This document shows, in pieces, positions 52,373-64,000 of a stretch of DNA of 64,000 nucleotides. The stretch's first letter is position 1; every line of letters begins with the position of its first letter. The notes beneath the pieces were generated by a model. It saw nothing but the letters and a program-made list of their open reading frames with translations, ran no database searches and was not told where the DNA came from. Source of the DNA: Laetmonice hystrix. Its lineage: Eukaryota. A program made the translations under genes and the position numbers. The DNA lies in the NCBI GenBank assembly GCA_965235115.1, contig OZ249450.1:21080001-21144000 (forward strand), written 5' to 3'.

Positions 52373-54802
52373 TGAGTTGGAACTTGAGATGGAACTCGCT
52401 GTACACCCCCCCCCCCCCAAAAAAAAAAAAAAAAAAAACTGGCAGCTCGTTGGCTTATTTGCCAATAACAAGGTGAAATTGTCTGGCCAAGGCTTTCTAT
52501 GTAAGTGTGGGTGACTTGCAGGCCCATCGAGAGTTGACAGTTTGTTTGAGATGGAGACAGGAAGCTGAGACCTCTGGGGACCAGCACCAAGCCTGGAGCT
52601 GCCATTGTCCCTATCACGTTCCCGCACGACCGTGTAACAAGAATCTATACAGTTGGAATAACGAAGGCATTATCAAGCAAAACTGGGGTCTCAGGAAATG
52701 TTTTCCTCGTCAAGGTGTAATAGTATGCTCACCAACTTGGATATGGAGAGAACCCCATCTTGTGGCAACCCCCCCCCCCCCCCGACTCTTGAGAAGTATA
52801 GCTGAAGAATAGATTTTACAATTTCTTCCTGAGACGATTCAGCCATGTTTCTGTTCTTGCCGTGTACCGGGCTGACTGTGTCTGATAGGACATAAAATTT
52901 GTCAGTTGATGATTGTAACCACTTCCTCAGTTCCTGTGTCCTGTGCAAGAGTTTACTTGTAGTCTTAGGTAAAAAAAAAACTAGCGAATCCGAGTTCAAA
53001 GTTTGGCCTCCAGATGTCCATGAAGAAGAGGCTCACAATAGGACATCATCCCATTACACAGTGATAATGTAAACATGTCCCACTGGCACCGGCGGGCCTA
53101 TGACCTTTGTAAGTGTACGGGTCCCAGCCCCCCGGGCTGGTGAACCCTCCAGGTAAATGTCGTCATATAGACATGGGTCTGTGTAACCTTTGTAAGTCAT
53201 CACTTGCCTTCACTCACAACGTAATCAGGCCGTGTTCTGACCCACCTATGTCGGACGTGCATTATCCCGCGCTTTAAGTTTCTTTAACAGCTCCGGCCAT
53301 GGTGATAAAGAAAGATTATTGTCAGTTGAATGATTTATCATATCAAGCTATGTAAGTGACAGGAACCTGAGGTCTCAACATGAGTATTGAGACTGGAACG
53401 GCCAGGTGGATTCTGTGCGTGTACTCGACATATATCTGGACATATATTAGACTTGACACTAGACCCAGACAGTAGAACAAAAGGTGGTCGTGGTCGGGTG
53501 GGGGTGGGGGTGGGGGGGGGGAGCTGTATGTAATCCAGAAAATTAAATAGTTGGGAACCTTTAATAACAATACAATACTTTGAACAATCAAACTACAAGT
53601 GTGTAACTAACATTTAGTTACTGGATAATTGAGTTTGTTAGTGACGTAATGTTTGCAGGCTTGTATTCTGAGAATTTCTGATTGACACAAACCTCATAAA
53701 GAAATGTGTAAAAGCGACGTTGTAAGGAGTGGCTGTTAATACTAACTGTTGATTACCTGAGGCTACAATCCCGAACAGCCCGATATGTTTCCCAGAACAT
53801 AACCTTGGACGAATGGCTGTGGAAATATCTTTGGCCTTATTATTGAGTTACGGGGACAATATGGACCTGCTATCGGTCCACACGGTCGGCAACTTCTTAG
53901 ATAGAATACTCTGTTAAAGCCGCCAGTAACTGTATGTACCCCCCCCCCTTCCGCCCCCGCCTCCGCTACAGTGGTCAGAGTAAAGGGTGCAAATATAACG
54001 ACCTGTCTGAGCCAGCCACTCATTGCTTTCAACAGTCTCAGAACTGATGAAACCTAGAAAGGTTTCTTCAGGGTGGGGAGGTGTTGGTGTGTGAAGGTGG
54101 TGGGGTGAGGGTAAAGGTATTGAGGGGTAGGGTAGGGAGGATGGTGTAGGGGGCTGCCCCTGTCTGACAATGACAGCATTGTTCACCCACACGTAAACCC
54201 ATCTACAGACAGACGGTCTCAGCCAGACAAACTATTCACCTTGGCCGCTCACAGGTCGCTATTGATTGCTGATATCACAGGGGGGGGGGGGAGGAGGAAC
54301 GCTTGCTGTCCTGGCGTTGTGTTAGGTCACAGTTGTTCACAGTGGTGCAGCAGGTCTGACGACCGGTTTCGACCAGTCAGGAAGTAGCGTCCCTTTATCC
54401 GACAGGAGGGCGATGGTTGGACTAGAACCGCCTTGATATGACCCCCAGATATATCAGCTGACCTGAGGGAATCGTTTCCTGGGTCCAATAATGGTCGGCA
54501 ATGTCAACTTTCACCTGATGTAAGGTTACTGATATCCTGCCCAGACACTTCGTCCCTTCCTGCGCACGGTTCCCAGAAAGTGTTCAGCGCCAGAGTCACA
54601 TTACAAGTAATTTGGAGACAGTCTTGCAATATTGTGCTGATGTGGAGGAAACAAGTGAAACCATTTTGTCTCGGCAAATATGACCATTTTACTCACCCTG
54701 GTTTGCCAGGGCTCAGACGCTTAGAAACATTAATTGCCCTATCCCGCGTCCATCGCTGTCGTCATGACAACATAGTCTGTAAGCTCTTCACCTCTCTCGG
54801 TG

Positions 54803-55190
54803 TCTGTGACCCTGCTGGTGTCTGAGACCCTGCTGGTGTCTGAGACCCTACTGGTGTCTGAGACCCTGCTGGTTGTTTGAGACCCTGCTGGTGTCTGAGA
54901 CCCTGCTGGTGTCTGAGACCCTGCTGGTTGTTTGAGACCCGGCTGGTGTCTGAGACCCTGCTGGTGTCTGAGACCCTGCTGGTGTCTGAGACCCTGCTGG
55001 TTTTTTGAGACCCGGCTGGTGTCTGAGACCCTGCTGGTGTCTGAGACCCTGCTGGTGTCTGAGACCCTGCTGGTGTCTGAGACCCTGCTGGTCTTTGAGA
55101 CCCTCCTGGTGTTTGAGACCCTCCTGGTGTATGAGGCTGGTGTTTGAGACCCTGCTGGTGTTTGAGACCCTTCTGGTGTCTGAGACCCTA
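54803..55190. repeat. 18-bp minisatellite x about 21
   Basis: CTGCTGGTGTCTGAGACC, with occasional 21-bp variants. Confidence 0.96.
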
Positions 55191-55479
55191 CTTACACCGA
55201 GGATACATGTCCAAAGTATGGATGACCTGCAGACGGCAATGTGAGTTTTCACCCTTGGGTGGTTCACAGGGCTTCAGGGTTCAGCATCAGGCTTGACCTT
55301 GGCCTTGGTAGCCGACCGTGACTGGCCTCTTTCCAGGACTGCCTAATCATGGTCTGCGTGCCCGTGACAACGTCAAGAGTGGAGTTAATTAATGTAATGT
55401 CTTTATCTCCTGTCACTGGCTGACTCATTAAGGTGTGTGTGGCATGTTTGAGGTATGCGGGCCTAGCTTGGTCTCTTTC

Positions 55480-56050
55480 TCAGTAATCAGTCAGAGAGAC
55501 GTGAGGCAGTCGGTCCAGGGAGGAAGGACAACCAGAGCTGTGAGGTTGCTTGGTATTAGAGTATTTATGGTGTTAGGCCACTGCCCACTGAACCCTGTGT
55601 AATAAGGACAGTGGTCAAGGAAGGTGGGTGGCCGGCGGGCGGTGGGTGACTGGACAATCATTCCACTCAGGCACCACGGCCCATCGATCAGCACAATCCT
55701 ACCCTGGGTTCATCAGGTGCAGTGGCTAGGATCCGAGACTGTACTGCCGGTAAACCTAAACTCACTATCAGCTCGCTGTCAGAACTTGTCCAGACGTACA
55801 CATTGACAGTGGGTGATCCTAGTGGATGGATCTCTGGATGGGATTTTACAGGGAGGCTGACGTCAAACAGTTTGGTACGTAGCACAGATACACATTCTCA
55901 ACAGGTATTTCGTTGGGGCTATGCATAATAGTCCCACTTTTTCTTAGGTTAAAACAAATTAAAGATGTTTTATGCAAAGACAGACAACATTGCAGCTGAT
56001 GGCAGAACTTGAACAGATGAGCTGGTATAATTGAAAAGGAATCTGTCACA
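55480..56050 (-). mobile_element. Possible decayed LINE endonuclease fragment
   Basis: RKSGTIMHSPNEIP (cf. GGGVxxY) and PTARRPPTFLDH (cf. PTR..LDL) occur in order; weak. Confidence 0.25.
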
Positions 56051-56051
56051 T

Positions 56052-56220
56052 CAGGATAAGTTTGTCTGTGGGCCAGGGTGCTAACACCAGCCTTGAGTCT
56101 GAGTGTGGCAGGATAAGTTTGTCTGTGGGCCAGGGTGCTAACACCAGCCTTGAGTCTGAGTGTGGCAGGATAAGTTTGTCTGTGGGCCAGGGTGCTAACA
56201 CCAGCCTTGAGTCTGAGTGT
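56052..56220. repeat. 57-bp repeat x3
   Basis: CAGGATAAGTTTGTCTGTGGGCCAGGGTGCTAACACCAGCCTTGAGTCTGAGTGTGG. Confidence 0.95.
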
Positions 56221-57595
56221 GATTTATTGTGGAGAGACCAATTAGAGGCACTAATTAGAGAACACAGCAGGTTTAATGAGAATCGACTAATTGATGTTTA
56301 GATGGATGAGTTTTTTAAGGGTTGCATGAAAAGGCGAGTGAGGAAAGTGTGAACAAAGAGATGGGTTGGATGGAAGTAGGTCAGTGCGACCTAATTGTTG
56401 ACCACAACAAGCCCCCCAAGATAGCAGTGGGGGGGGGGGGGGGGGGGTTGGGTGGTGAGGTCGCACAGGAACGTTGTGGTTTACCGTCATCACAAAACTG
56501 TTAACATCCTTCCAAAATTTGGCCAAGAAACTGAGCAGCAAACCTGCACTTTTTGTTAGCTAGCTGTCCCCAGGCATTATTACTCAAACTATAAAGAAAT
56601 CGACCAGTAAAAACGGATGACACAATCTGACCTGCCTGACTTTCTGGGGAAGAGTGGGGAAGGTGGGGAAGTGTGTGTGTTGTGAAAGTAGCTGAAGAAG
56701 AAGGCAGTATTTTGTATTCACCTGCGCCGTGGAGGATGACCCCTACAGATGTTATGAAGGCGGGTCCGGGAGGCTTTGACTGTGCCCACGGGCAGGTGCT
56801 AGGGGAGGATGGAGTGGGGCTAGGTCAGGTAGTCTAATGGTGACTGTTGGTCTCAGGTAACGGGGGCCAGGTGTGGCCAGTCGGTTGACGGCGATAGATA
56901 GAGGGATGGAGGGATTGATGAGAGAGAGCACCCTGAAGTTGAACCCCCCCCCCCCCCATGTCCTTGCAGGAAGGTTAGATCAGGTGAGGGAGCCAGTGAC
57001 ATCATGGCCTAAATTCAGAGCTATATGAAAGCAATTTGTTTCCCATGGTGGTGCTTGTTGTGTGGTTGATAACCAGATCGATAACAACTGAATAAACGCC
57101 GATCTGTGGGATTATATCAATATGTATCGTGTAGATGAATTGATTGTTTGTGAAGATTCTGTTTTAATCGTACGTCATTCATCAGTTGAGCGTGGTGTTT
57201 GATTCGTTTTCATAATAATGTGTTTCCAAATCTATACCAAACTTGGCACAGGCAGGGGTAAGTTGAGTTTATCCTCTAGCTTCAGCCTGCCCTGAAAACT
57301 GTGCACGAGAAAACTGCGCAGCATCGGGATTACCGCTCATAGACATGAGAAATGATGCGTGTAGAACATGGCAGTGGTGAAATAATTTGGTAGTACAGAT
57401 AGGGGAGATGGATGACTGTGTTTATCTCTACTCACACCAGTCAGAATCAGAGATTGGATGTGGAGAGGTTGCCATGGAAGCTACAGCTTGCAGTGGCTGC
57501 CTGGGTCTGCACTTACACGTGGGAGGAAGGTAGCTTGGGTTGATGGGTGGTGAGACTGACGGTATGCACCTGGTGGCAGGGGAGCTTTGATACCA

Positions 57596-57760
57596 CCACA
57601 CAAAATGTGCAATCTCTCCACAAAATGTGCAATCTCTCCACGCAAAATGTGCAATCTCTCCACGCAAAATGTGCAATCTCTCCATGCAAAATGTGCAATC
57701 TCTCCACACAAAATGTGCAATCTCTCCACACAAAATGTGCAATCTCTCCATGCAAAATTG
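57596..57760. repeat. 22-bp repeat x about 7
   Basis: CAAAATGTGCAATCTCTCCA(C/T)(G/A). Confidence 0.95.
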
Positions 57761-59433
57761 CAGTCAAGCCACACAAAATCCAAAATCACAATCACAATCA
57801 AAGCCTTATTGTACAAAGTGTCATTAGTATGCCACGAGAAGAGAATCTTCTTGTATTGGCTCGACAAATTCCTTAGAATCTAGAGCCAATATCTCATTAT
57901 CTCTGCAGACTTATTACGGTACTAACTTTGCTGGCAATTAAAATCTACTAAGTGTAGTCACTTGGCAGTTAATCCAAATCTGTGTTGAAAAATAACAAGG
58001 CGATTACCGGTATATGTTATTGTTAAACATTCTTTGGACACATGTATAAGCGTTGGTCTCAAACTTATGAAGTTATTGTCACATAAACATTGAATTTGAG
58101 TGTATATTGAAGGAATCAACCTTGTGAACAGCCCTACCTAAATCAAATGGAGTCAAGAGGCTTTTACTAACTAGTAGATGATGTAGACAACAGTATCCAT
58201 GGAAGCACAAGTGATCCACTTCACCTCAGGCCCACTTTGAAATTGACTGTTCCAGGGTTGCTAATCAACAGTTTTCATTCACCGTTGTATTTGTTGGTTT
58301 TTTGTTGTCTCAAGCTAATGGCTGTGTCAGTTTGCCTGTCATTGTAGTCTGATATGGATAAGCTGATTGCTCGGAGTGTCTGACGTCAGCAAGACAAAGC
58401 AAGCAGAGTTCTCCCCTGAGTGACATGAATGCCTTAGGCAGGGCTCCCCTCCAGGTTCTTCACTGGGCTGGTGTTTTGGAGTGAGTTATACTGGAAATGT
58501 CCGGGTTCTCCACCAAAGTTAACTTTCCTGAGGTCTTGTTTGAGGTTCTCCACCAGAGTCTATTACATAGTTAGGTTTGTCCAGGGTTCTCCATAAGCAG
58601 TTATATAAGAGGCGCATTTCACAGGTGTTGCCTGTCCAAAACTTAAGTTTTGCGAATAAATGTTGATAAACCAGTGCCAGTTGTCGCTTTGAGGTGTTGC
58701 AAACATCTACGGGTAAAAAAGAAGATCGCGGAAGTTCACTGAAGTATGGTGTTTTCCATGTGTAAAACTGCTGTGAATTATGTCTCTTCAAACACTTGAT
58801 GATTATCTAATGGTGTTTATGATTTTGTTGTTTCAGTTTTTTGGTCAGGTTGGATACACCTTTATGGAGTTCGTGCGCAACTCTGGGGACTATTGCCAGG
58901 CCCAACACGAGTAGCGTCCCTCGCCAGGTGGCGCCTTTGTCGGGCAGCGCGTCTCGACTGGCCATTCCGATCGCGTTCAGCATCCCTTCACTGCAGCCCA
59001 TTGTCACACCTCACTGCCTGCCGGATGGGTTAAATCAGCGGCGTTCTGACGCAACGACATGGTCTGCGTATAAGTGGACACTAGAGGGCGCCACACCCAG
59101 TGCGTTACTGTCAACATACATCACTAGATCATCGTTCCATCACGGCAAAAGCCATCCCCTCCCCGGCTTGACCATCATCATCAATCCCAGGGTGCATTGC
59201 TCCACTGCCAGGAGCGTCCCATCCCAAATCGTGCTGCCATTTCAACAGCTATAACTTAAGGACAGAAAAAAGGAACAAAAAAAGCAACATAAATTGTGAT
59301 ATTTAGTACTACCCTGTGGTTGTATAGAATTGCACGTACCACGTGGGTAGGAGAAGAGGAAACTACGTGTATACTTGTACCTGTGATTTGATTGGTTGGT
59401 TGGTTGCTGATTACTGATTGGTTGTTGGTTGCC

Positions 59434-59544
59434 ATGACAAGCATGAAGTCCCGGAAACCCGAGCCCGCTGAGATTCTGTACCGCCAAATGCGGTTCCTCA
59501 TCACGGATCGCCCCACCGATGCCACCATGGACAAGTATATTGAG
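59434..59544 (+). CDS. PTP4A: PTP4A/PRL phosphatase, first coding exon (MTSMKSRKPEPAEILYRQMRFLITDRPTDATMDKYIE)
   Basis: MRFLITxxPT motif, ending at the conserved IE|E phase-0 junction (GTCAAT donor). The true start may be the second Met (59443) if the AG at 59440-59441 is an acceptor. Confidence 0.92.
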
Positions 59545-60015
59545 GTCAATAAAACTTTATCTTTGAGAAGCATAGGTCATAAATGTATTTTTGTGGATTT
59601 GCATAATTTAAAAGCAAGAGTGCATGACTGTATTCACAATGATTCCAGTGATTTCTTAATAGAATTTGGCTAAGAAAACTCTATTAGATACTTTGTGCAG
59701 TAAAATTTCTGCATGTATAAAATTTTCACCAATTTGCACAAGACAGAAATTTTACTATTGGTTCAGGCACAGGTTTTAGGTTCGGAAGGGTAAAATTTTC
59801 AAAGTTGTGGAAAAAAGGCAGATGCAAAAGGTTCCAATGAGACTCATGTGAAAATTACCCGGTACACACTGCTAGATTTTGAGGTTAAGGCATTTACTCT
59901 TACAGATTTTTTTGGTAACGAGAGTAGTGGCTTAGTTAATGTTGCATAGTTATTGTGTAAAACCATTGGCTTTTTTACCCAAGTTATTTACCATAATGAC
60001 TTTTTCTCATTGCAG

Positions 60016-60108
60016 GAACTGAAGAAACACAATGCTAAAGATGTAGTGCGAGTTTGTGACCCAACCTACAAAACGGAACGCCTCAAGAGCGAGGGCATCA
60101 ACGTTCTG
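60016..60108 (+). CDS. PTP4A: PTP4A/PRL second coding exon (ELKKHNAKDVVRVCDPTYKTERLKSEGINVL)
   Basis: TTGCAG acceptor and GTAAGT donor; 93 nt; ELKK..VRVCxxTY..EGIxVL motif. The catalytic HCVAGLGR exon was not found in the window. Confidence 0.96.
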
Positions 60109-61365
60109 GTAAGTGAAGTCTACTGTCACGCTTGGTTAAAACATGGGATGTTTGTTGCACACCACTGGGGGATTCCCACGCTGAGTTTCAGCACCTCTGA
60201 CAGTCTCAGGTGACGCTCGGAGCGTGGGGTTTCAAGGCCATCCACCGATCCATTTCAGTGCTGATAGACACACGAGCACTGTCACGTCTTCTGTCCCACT
60301 CTTTATTTCTCAGCTTTTTTGCTGATTCTGTTGCATACATTGACTTTCGTCGCTTAAAAGCCCTTTCCTCGGAGGCATATTTACAAAGCAAGTGTATGAT
60401 GATCAAATATGGTGGAGCGATACCAGAAGTTAGCATGGAGTGGTACAAAGAGGAATGGCACAAAGTCATTAGAGTAGATACGACTTTGTAACACAATCCA
60501 CACTACAATGAGAAAAGGGCTTTGAGGGGAAAAAAATTCAAAAGGGGGGGGCACCTGTACAGCCAATATCGAGGCACATGGAGAGTGCACTGAGTGACTC
60601 CCGAGCCAACCACCAGGCTGTGGAGTCGTGATGTTCGTAGTGTACCACACCCTCCTGTACATTACCTGTCCGTATCACGGACCAACAAGGTACACACTCC
60701 CAAATATATCACAGTCGTTGTTCACAGCTTCAGGTATCTAAGGTGGTTGCTGTCTTGACTGTTCCCAGGCTTAGAGGCCTACAGCTTGAGAAGGTAGGAT
60801 GGGAGATAAATGCTGGAGTTGTGTTAGTATTTAATAGGAAAGGATGGTTTATGTGTAGTCTGGGCCTGATGAGGGAATCGCCCTGGGGCTGTTTAGTAAA
60901 GTGAAAATTTTCCCAGAGAATTTGAAGGGAAAAGTCACAGTTCTAATAGATGAGATAGTGATGTTGTAGCCCGGAAATATCCGTTGCTTCCAGCCAGAAG
61001 TTTTCTAGTTAAGTGGCCAGGTCAACCAGTTCGTCTGGTCAGCAGGTGGAGAGAGGAAAGAATTAATTTGGGAATCAGTGGCAGGAGCTGACCATCTGTT
61101 GTCATGTTGGTTGACAATCACCGCGAGCCAGGAGTTATTGGTGCAGTGGTCTTTCATTGGCTGATATTATTGTAGTTTATTGATAGTTGACAGTAAGGAC
61201 ATGGATTACTGAATTACTGCAATCCTGTCTGCCTACATGGCGGTTACATTTTGTACTTGTACCCTCGGTGCCTGCTGTGGGAATGCTTTGTGCAATGTTT
61301 ACCTAATTTGAGAATGCCCTGTTCAGTGTGTGCCTACTCTGGGAGTGTAGGCTGCCCGGGAAAAA

Positions 61366-62473
61366 AAACAGGAGGTGGCTGCTGATACAGGAGGTGGCTC
61401 TGTGTGTACCGGGAGCATCTACTGATACAGGAGGTGGCTCGGTGTGTACCGGGAGCATCTACTGATACAGGAGGTGGCTCGGTGTGTACCGGGAGCATCT
61501 ACTGATACAGGAGGTGGCTCAGTGTGTACCGGAAGCATCTACTGATACTGGAGGTGGCTCTGTGTGTACCGGGAGCATCTACTGATACAGGAGGTGGCTC
61601 TGTGTGTATCGGGAGCATCTGCTAATACAGGAGGTGGTTCAGTGTGTACTGAGAGCATCTACTGATACAGGAGGTGGCTCTGTGTGTACCGGGAGCATCT
61701 GCTGATACAGGAGGTGGCTCTGTGTATACCGGGAGCATCTGCTGATACAGGAGGTGGCTCAGTGTGTACTGAGAGCATCTACTGATACAGGAGGTGGTTC
61801 AGTGTGTACCGGGAGCATCTACTGATACAGGAGGTGGCTCTGTGTGTACTGAGAGCATCTACTGATACAGGAGGTGGTTCAGTGTGTACCGGGAGCATCT
61901 ACTGATACAGGAGGTGGCTCTGTGTGTACTGAGAGCATCTACTGATACAGGAGGTGGTTCAGTGTGTACCGGGAGCATCTACTGATACAGGAGGTGGCTC
62001 AGTGTGTACCAGGAGCATCTACTGATACAGGAGGTGGCTCTGTGTGTACCGGGAGCATCTGCTGATACAGGAGGTGGCTCTGTGTGTACTGAGAGCATCT
62101 ACTGATACAGGAGGTGGCTCAGTGTGTACCGGGGGCATCTACTGATACAGGAGGTGGCTCTGTGTGTACCGGGAGCATCTACTGATACAGGAGGTGGCTC
62201 TGTGTGTACTGAGAGCATCTACTGATACAGGAGGTGGCTCTGTGTGTACCGGGGGCATCTACTGATACAGGAGGTGGCTCAGTGTGTACCAGGAGCATCT
62301 ACTGATACAGGAGGTGGCTCTGTGTGTACCAGGGGCATCTACTGATACAGGAAGTGGCTCTGTGTGTACCGGGGGCATCTACTGATACAGGAGGTGGCTC
62401 AGTGTGTACTGGGAGCATCTACTGATACAGGAGGTGGCTCTGTGTGTACCGGGAGCATCTGCTAATACAGGAG
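61366..62473. repeat. 40-bp minisatellite x about 27 in a PTP4A intron
   Basis: TACTGATACAGGAGGTGGCTCTGTGTGTACCGGGAGCATC. Confidence 0.97.
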
Positions 62474-63245
62474 ACGAGAAGATTCAACCTCAGCACTCGC
62501 ACACAGAGCTGAGTGTATAAAAAGGAGCAGGATGCATCCATTGTCTGCACTCATTACCACCCTCACTCGGCTATGTCGGCTTTGTGAAGCGGCTATGTCG
62601 GCTTTGTGAAGCGGCGTCAAAGAAAGAGTCTGATGGTTGAGAGGCGGGACGGCTGGTGGCAGCGTGACATGATGGAGGAATCACTTTAATGAGGATACAC
62701 GTGTAATCAATGTAATAGTGGCCTCAGCGTTCTACCTGAAGGATTGATACCAGTATCCAGTTCATCAGTGCACATTTATTTGTCACGCATGGGACTAAAA
62801 GCTCCATAGTATAAACATTTAAAATGATACACTTGAGACAAATAATCAGTTCCTTAAATAAGGATCATTTATGAAAGATTTTCGAAATAAGAGCCTATAT
62901 TTTGAGTGCATTAAGCATGTGTCCCTGCAAAAGATATTTCCAATTTCTGGCTACATTCCCTCCTGTTTTCCAACTTGAACCCAACAAGGCTGACCTTTAA
63001 TGAAATCCGGGGTGATCCTTTAAGAGAAGGAGGACAGTATGGCGGTATGCCGTTCAGGTGAGAGCACCTTGGCCGATTGATCCCCGCCGCCACAGTGGCG
63101 GCCTTCTACTGATACCAACGTAGGTATATGTTACCTGTATTAGTACTATGTAAGAGGGCGTCAGAGCGCAGGATCAAAGTAAACAACAGGAAGCAGCGTT
63201 CACCTGCAGGTGTAATATTGATGTCAGGCATCCACCCAAGGACTT

Positions 63246-63516
63246 TTGTGGCAAGGTTTCAGTGTTGGCCTGTTTTGTGTGGCAAGGGTTAAGTAATGTC
63301 CTGTTTTGTGTGGCAAGGGTTCAGTAATGGCCTGTTTTGTGTGGCAAGGGTTAAGTAATGTCCTGTTTTGTGTGGCAAGGTTTCAGTGTTGGCCTGTTTT
63401 GTGTGGCAAGGTTTCAGTGTTGGCCTGTTTTGTGTAGCAAGGTTTCAGTGTTGGCCTGTTTTGTGTGGCAAGGTTTCAGTGTTGGCCTGTTTTGTGTGGC
63501 AAGGTTTCAGTGTCGG
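63246..63516. repeat. 31-bp minisatellite x about 8-9
   Basis: CCTGTTTTGTGTGGCAAGGTTTCAGTGTTGG. Confidence 0.95.
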
Positions 63517-64000
63517 CCTGCTCTGTGTATAGTCGGCCACTTCCTGGAGTAACGTGATCCAGCAAGAGCGGGGGCCATGAATATTGTATGATTTCTGACC
63601 AGCAAACTTTTATTTTACAAATTTATGGTTGTTTATAATGATGTGTTGGGAGATAAACCAGTCCATCTGTTAAATGGTATTGCGCCATCGACTTTTCTAA
63701 TTGAGAAAGTACCATAAATGATGGAACCAGAAAAAAGAAGGGAAGAGTAAAATCATTATTATTGGTTGAGGTGACAAGGAAATATTGTGCCGCTTGACAT
63801 TCTGTATCGTCTGCGATGTATACTCTATGTGAGCGATACATTTCATATGTAGGACCTGGAGTGATTGGATGTAGATACAGGACGTCCCTATGTTATGTAG
63901 GGGTAGGTAAGGGAGGGCCATACCTGACTGTTGATAGGTATGAGGATATCACATGCTACTGTAAAACATTGTCCCAGAGGTGGAAAAAACTCAGCTCACG

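Noticed and set aside
54848-55267. Long ORFs on both strands with periodic peptides (HQQGLR, RPCWCL, SETLLV)
   Set aside because: Produced by the 18-bp minisatellite, whose unit is a multiple of 3; no splice or homology support.
57428-57883. Six overlapping ORFs with Cys/Trp/His periodicity
   Set aside because: Artefact of the 22-bp repeat.
58841-59254. 137-aa ORF upstream of PTP4A
   Set aside because: Non-ATG start, low-complexity Ser/Pro/Thr composition, no homology recognised, and it stops before the PRL frame; better explained as GC-rich UTR.
60109-64000. Search for PTP4A exon 3 (DxxFxDG...HCVAGLGR)
   Set aside because: No matching sequence found; presumed to lie beyond the window rather than indicating a pseudogene.

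Overview
Animal genomic DNA, most likely invertebrate (inferred from divergent orthologues with GT-AG introns, many minisatellites and long G/C homopolymers). No prokaryotic features, CRISPR arrays, rRNA or tRNA genes were seen. Three spliced + strand genes can be reconstructed by hand. (1) An NKAIN (Na+/K+-ATPase-interacting) gene: five conserved exons at 5928-15336 and a probable long terminal exon at 25455-25843, about 310 aa in total. (2) A complete PSMF1/PI31 proteasome inhibitor gene: six coding exons at 32938-35018, 279 aa. (3) The first two coding exons of a PTP4A/PRL phosphatase at 59434-60108; the rest lies beyond the window. An unidentified - strand gene probably starts head-to-head with NKAIN (ATG at 5174). 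The remainder is intronic or intergenic: about 20 tandem repeats, several MITE-like inverted-repeat elements and decayed LINE fragments. The most unusual pattern is that several tandem repeats are built from, or abut, splice sites. At NKAIN exon 2 and the PSMF1 last exon, the extra acceptors nearest the true exon are in frame and stop-free. A palindromic element carrying four CTCF-like motifs sits just upstream of PSMF1. Nearly all supplied ORF-track entries are chance or repeat-derived ORFs. Homology calls come from motif recall, not database searches.
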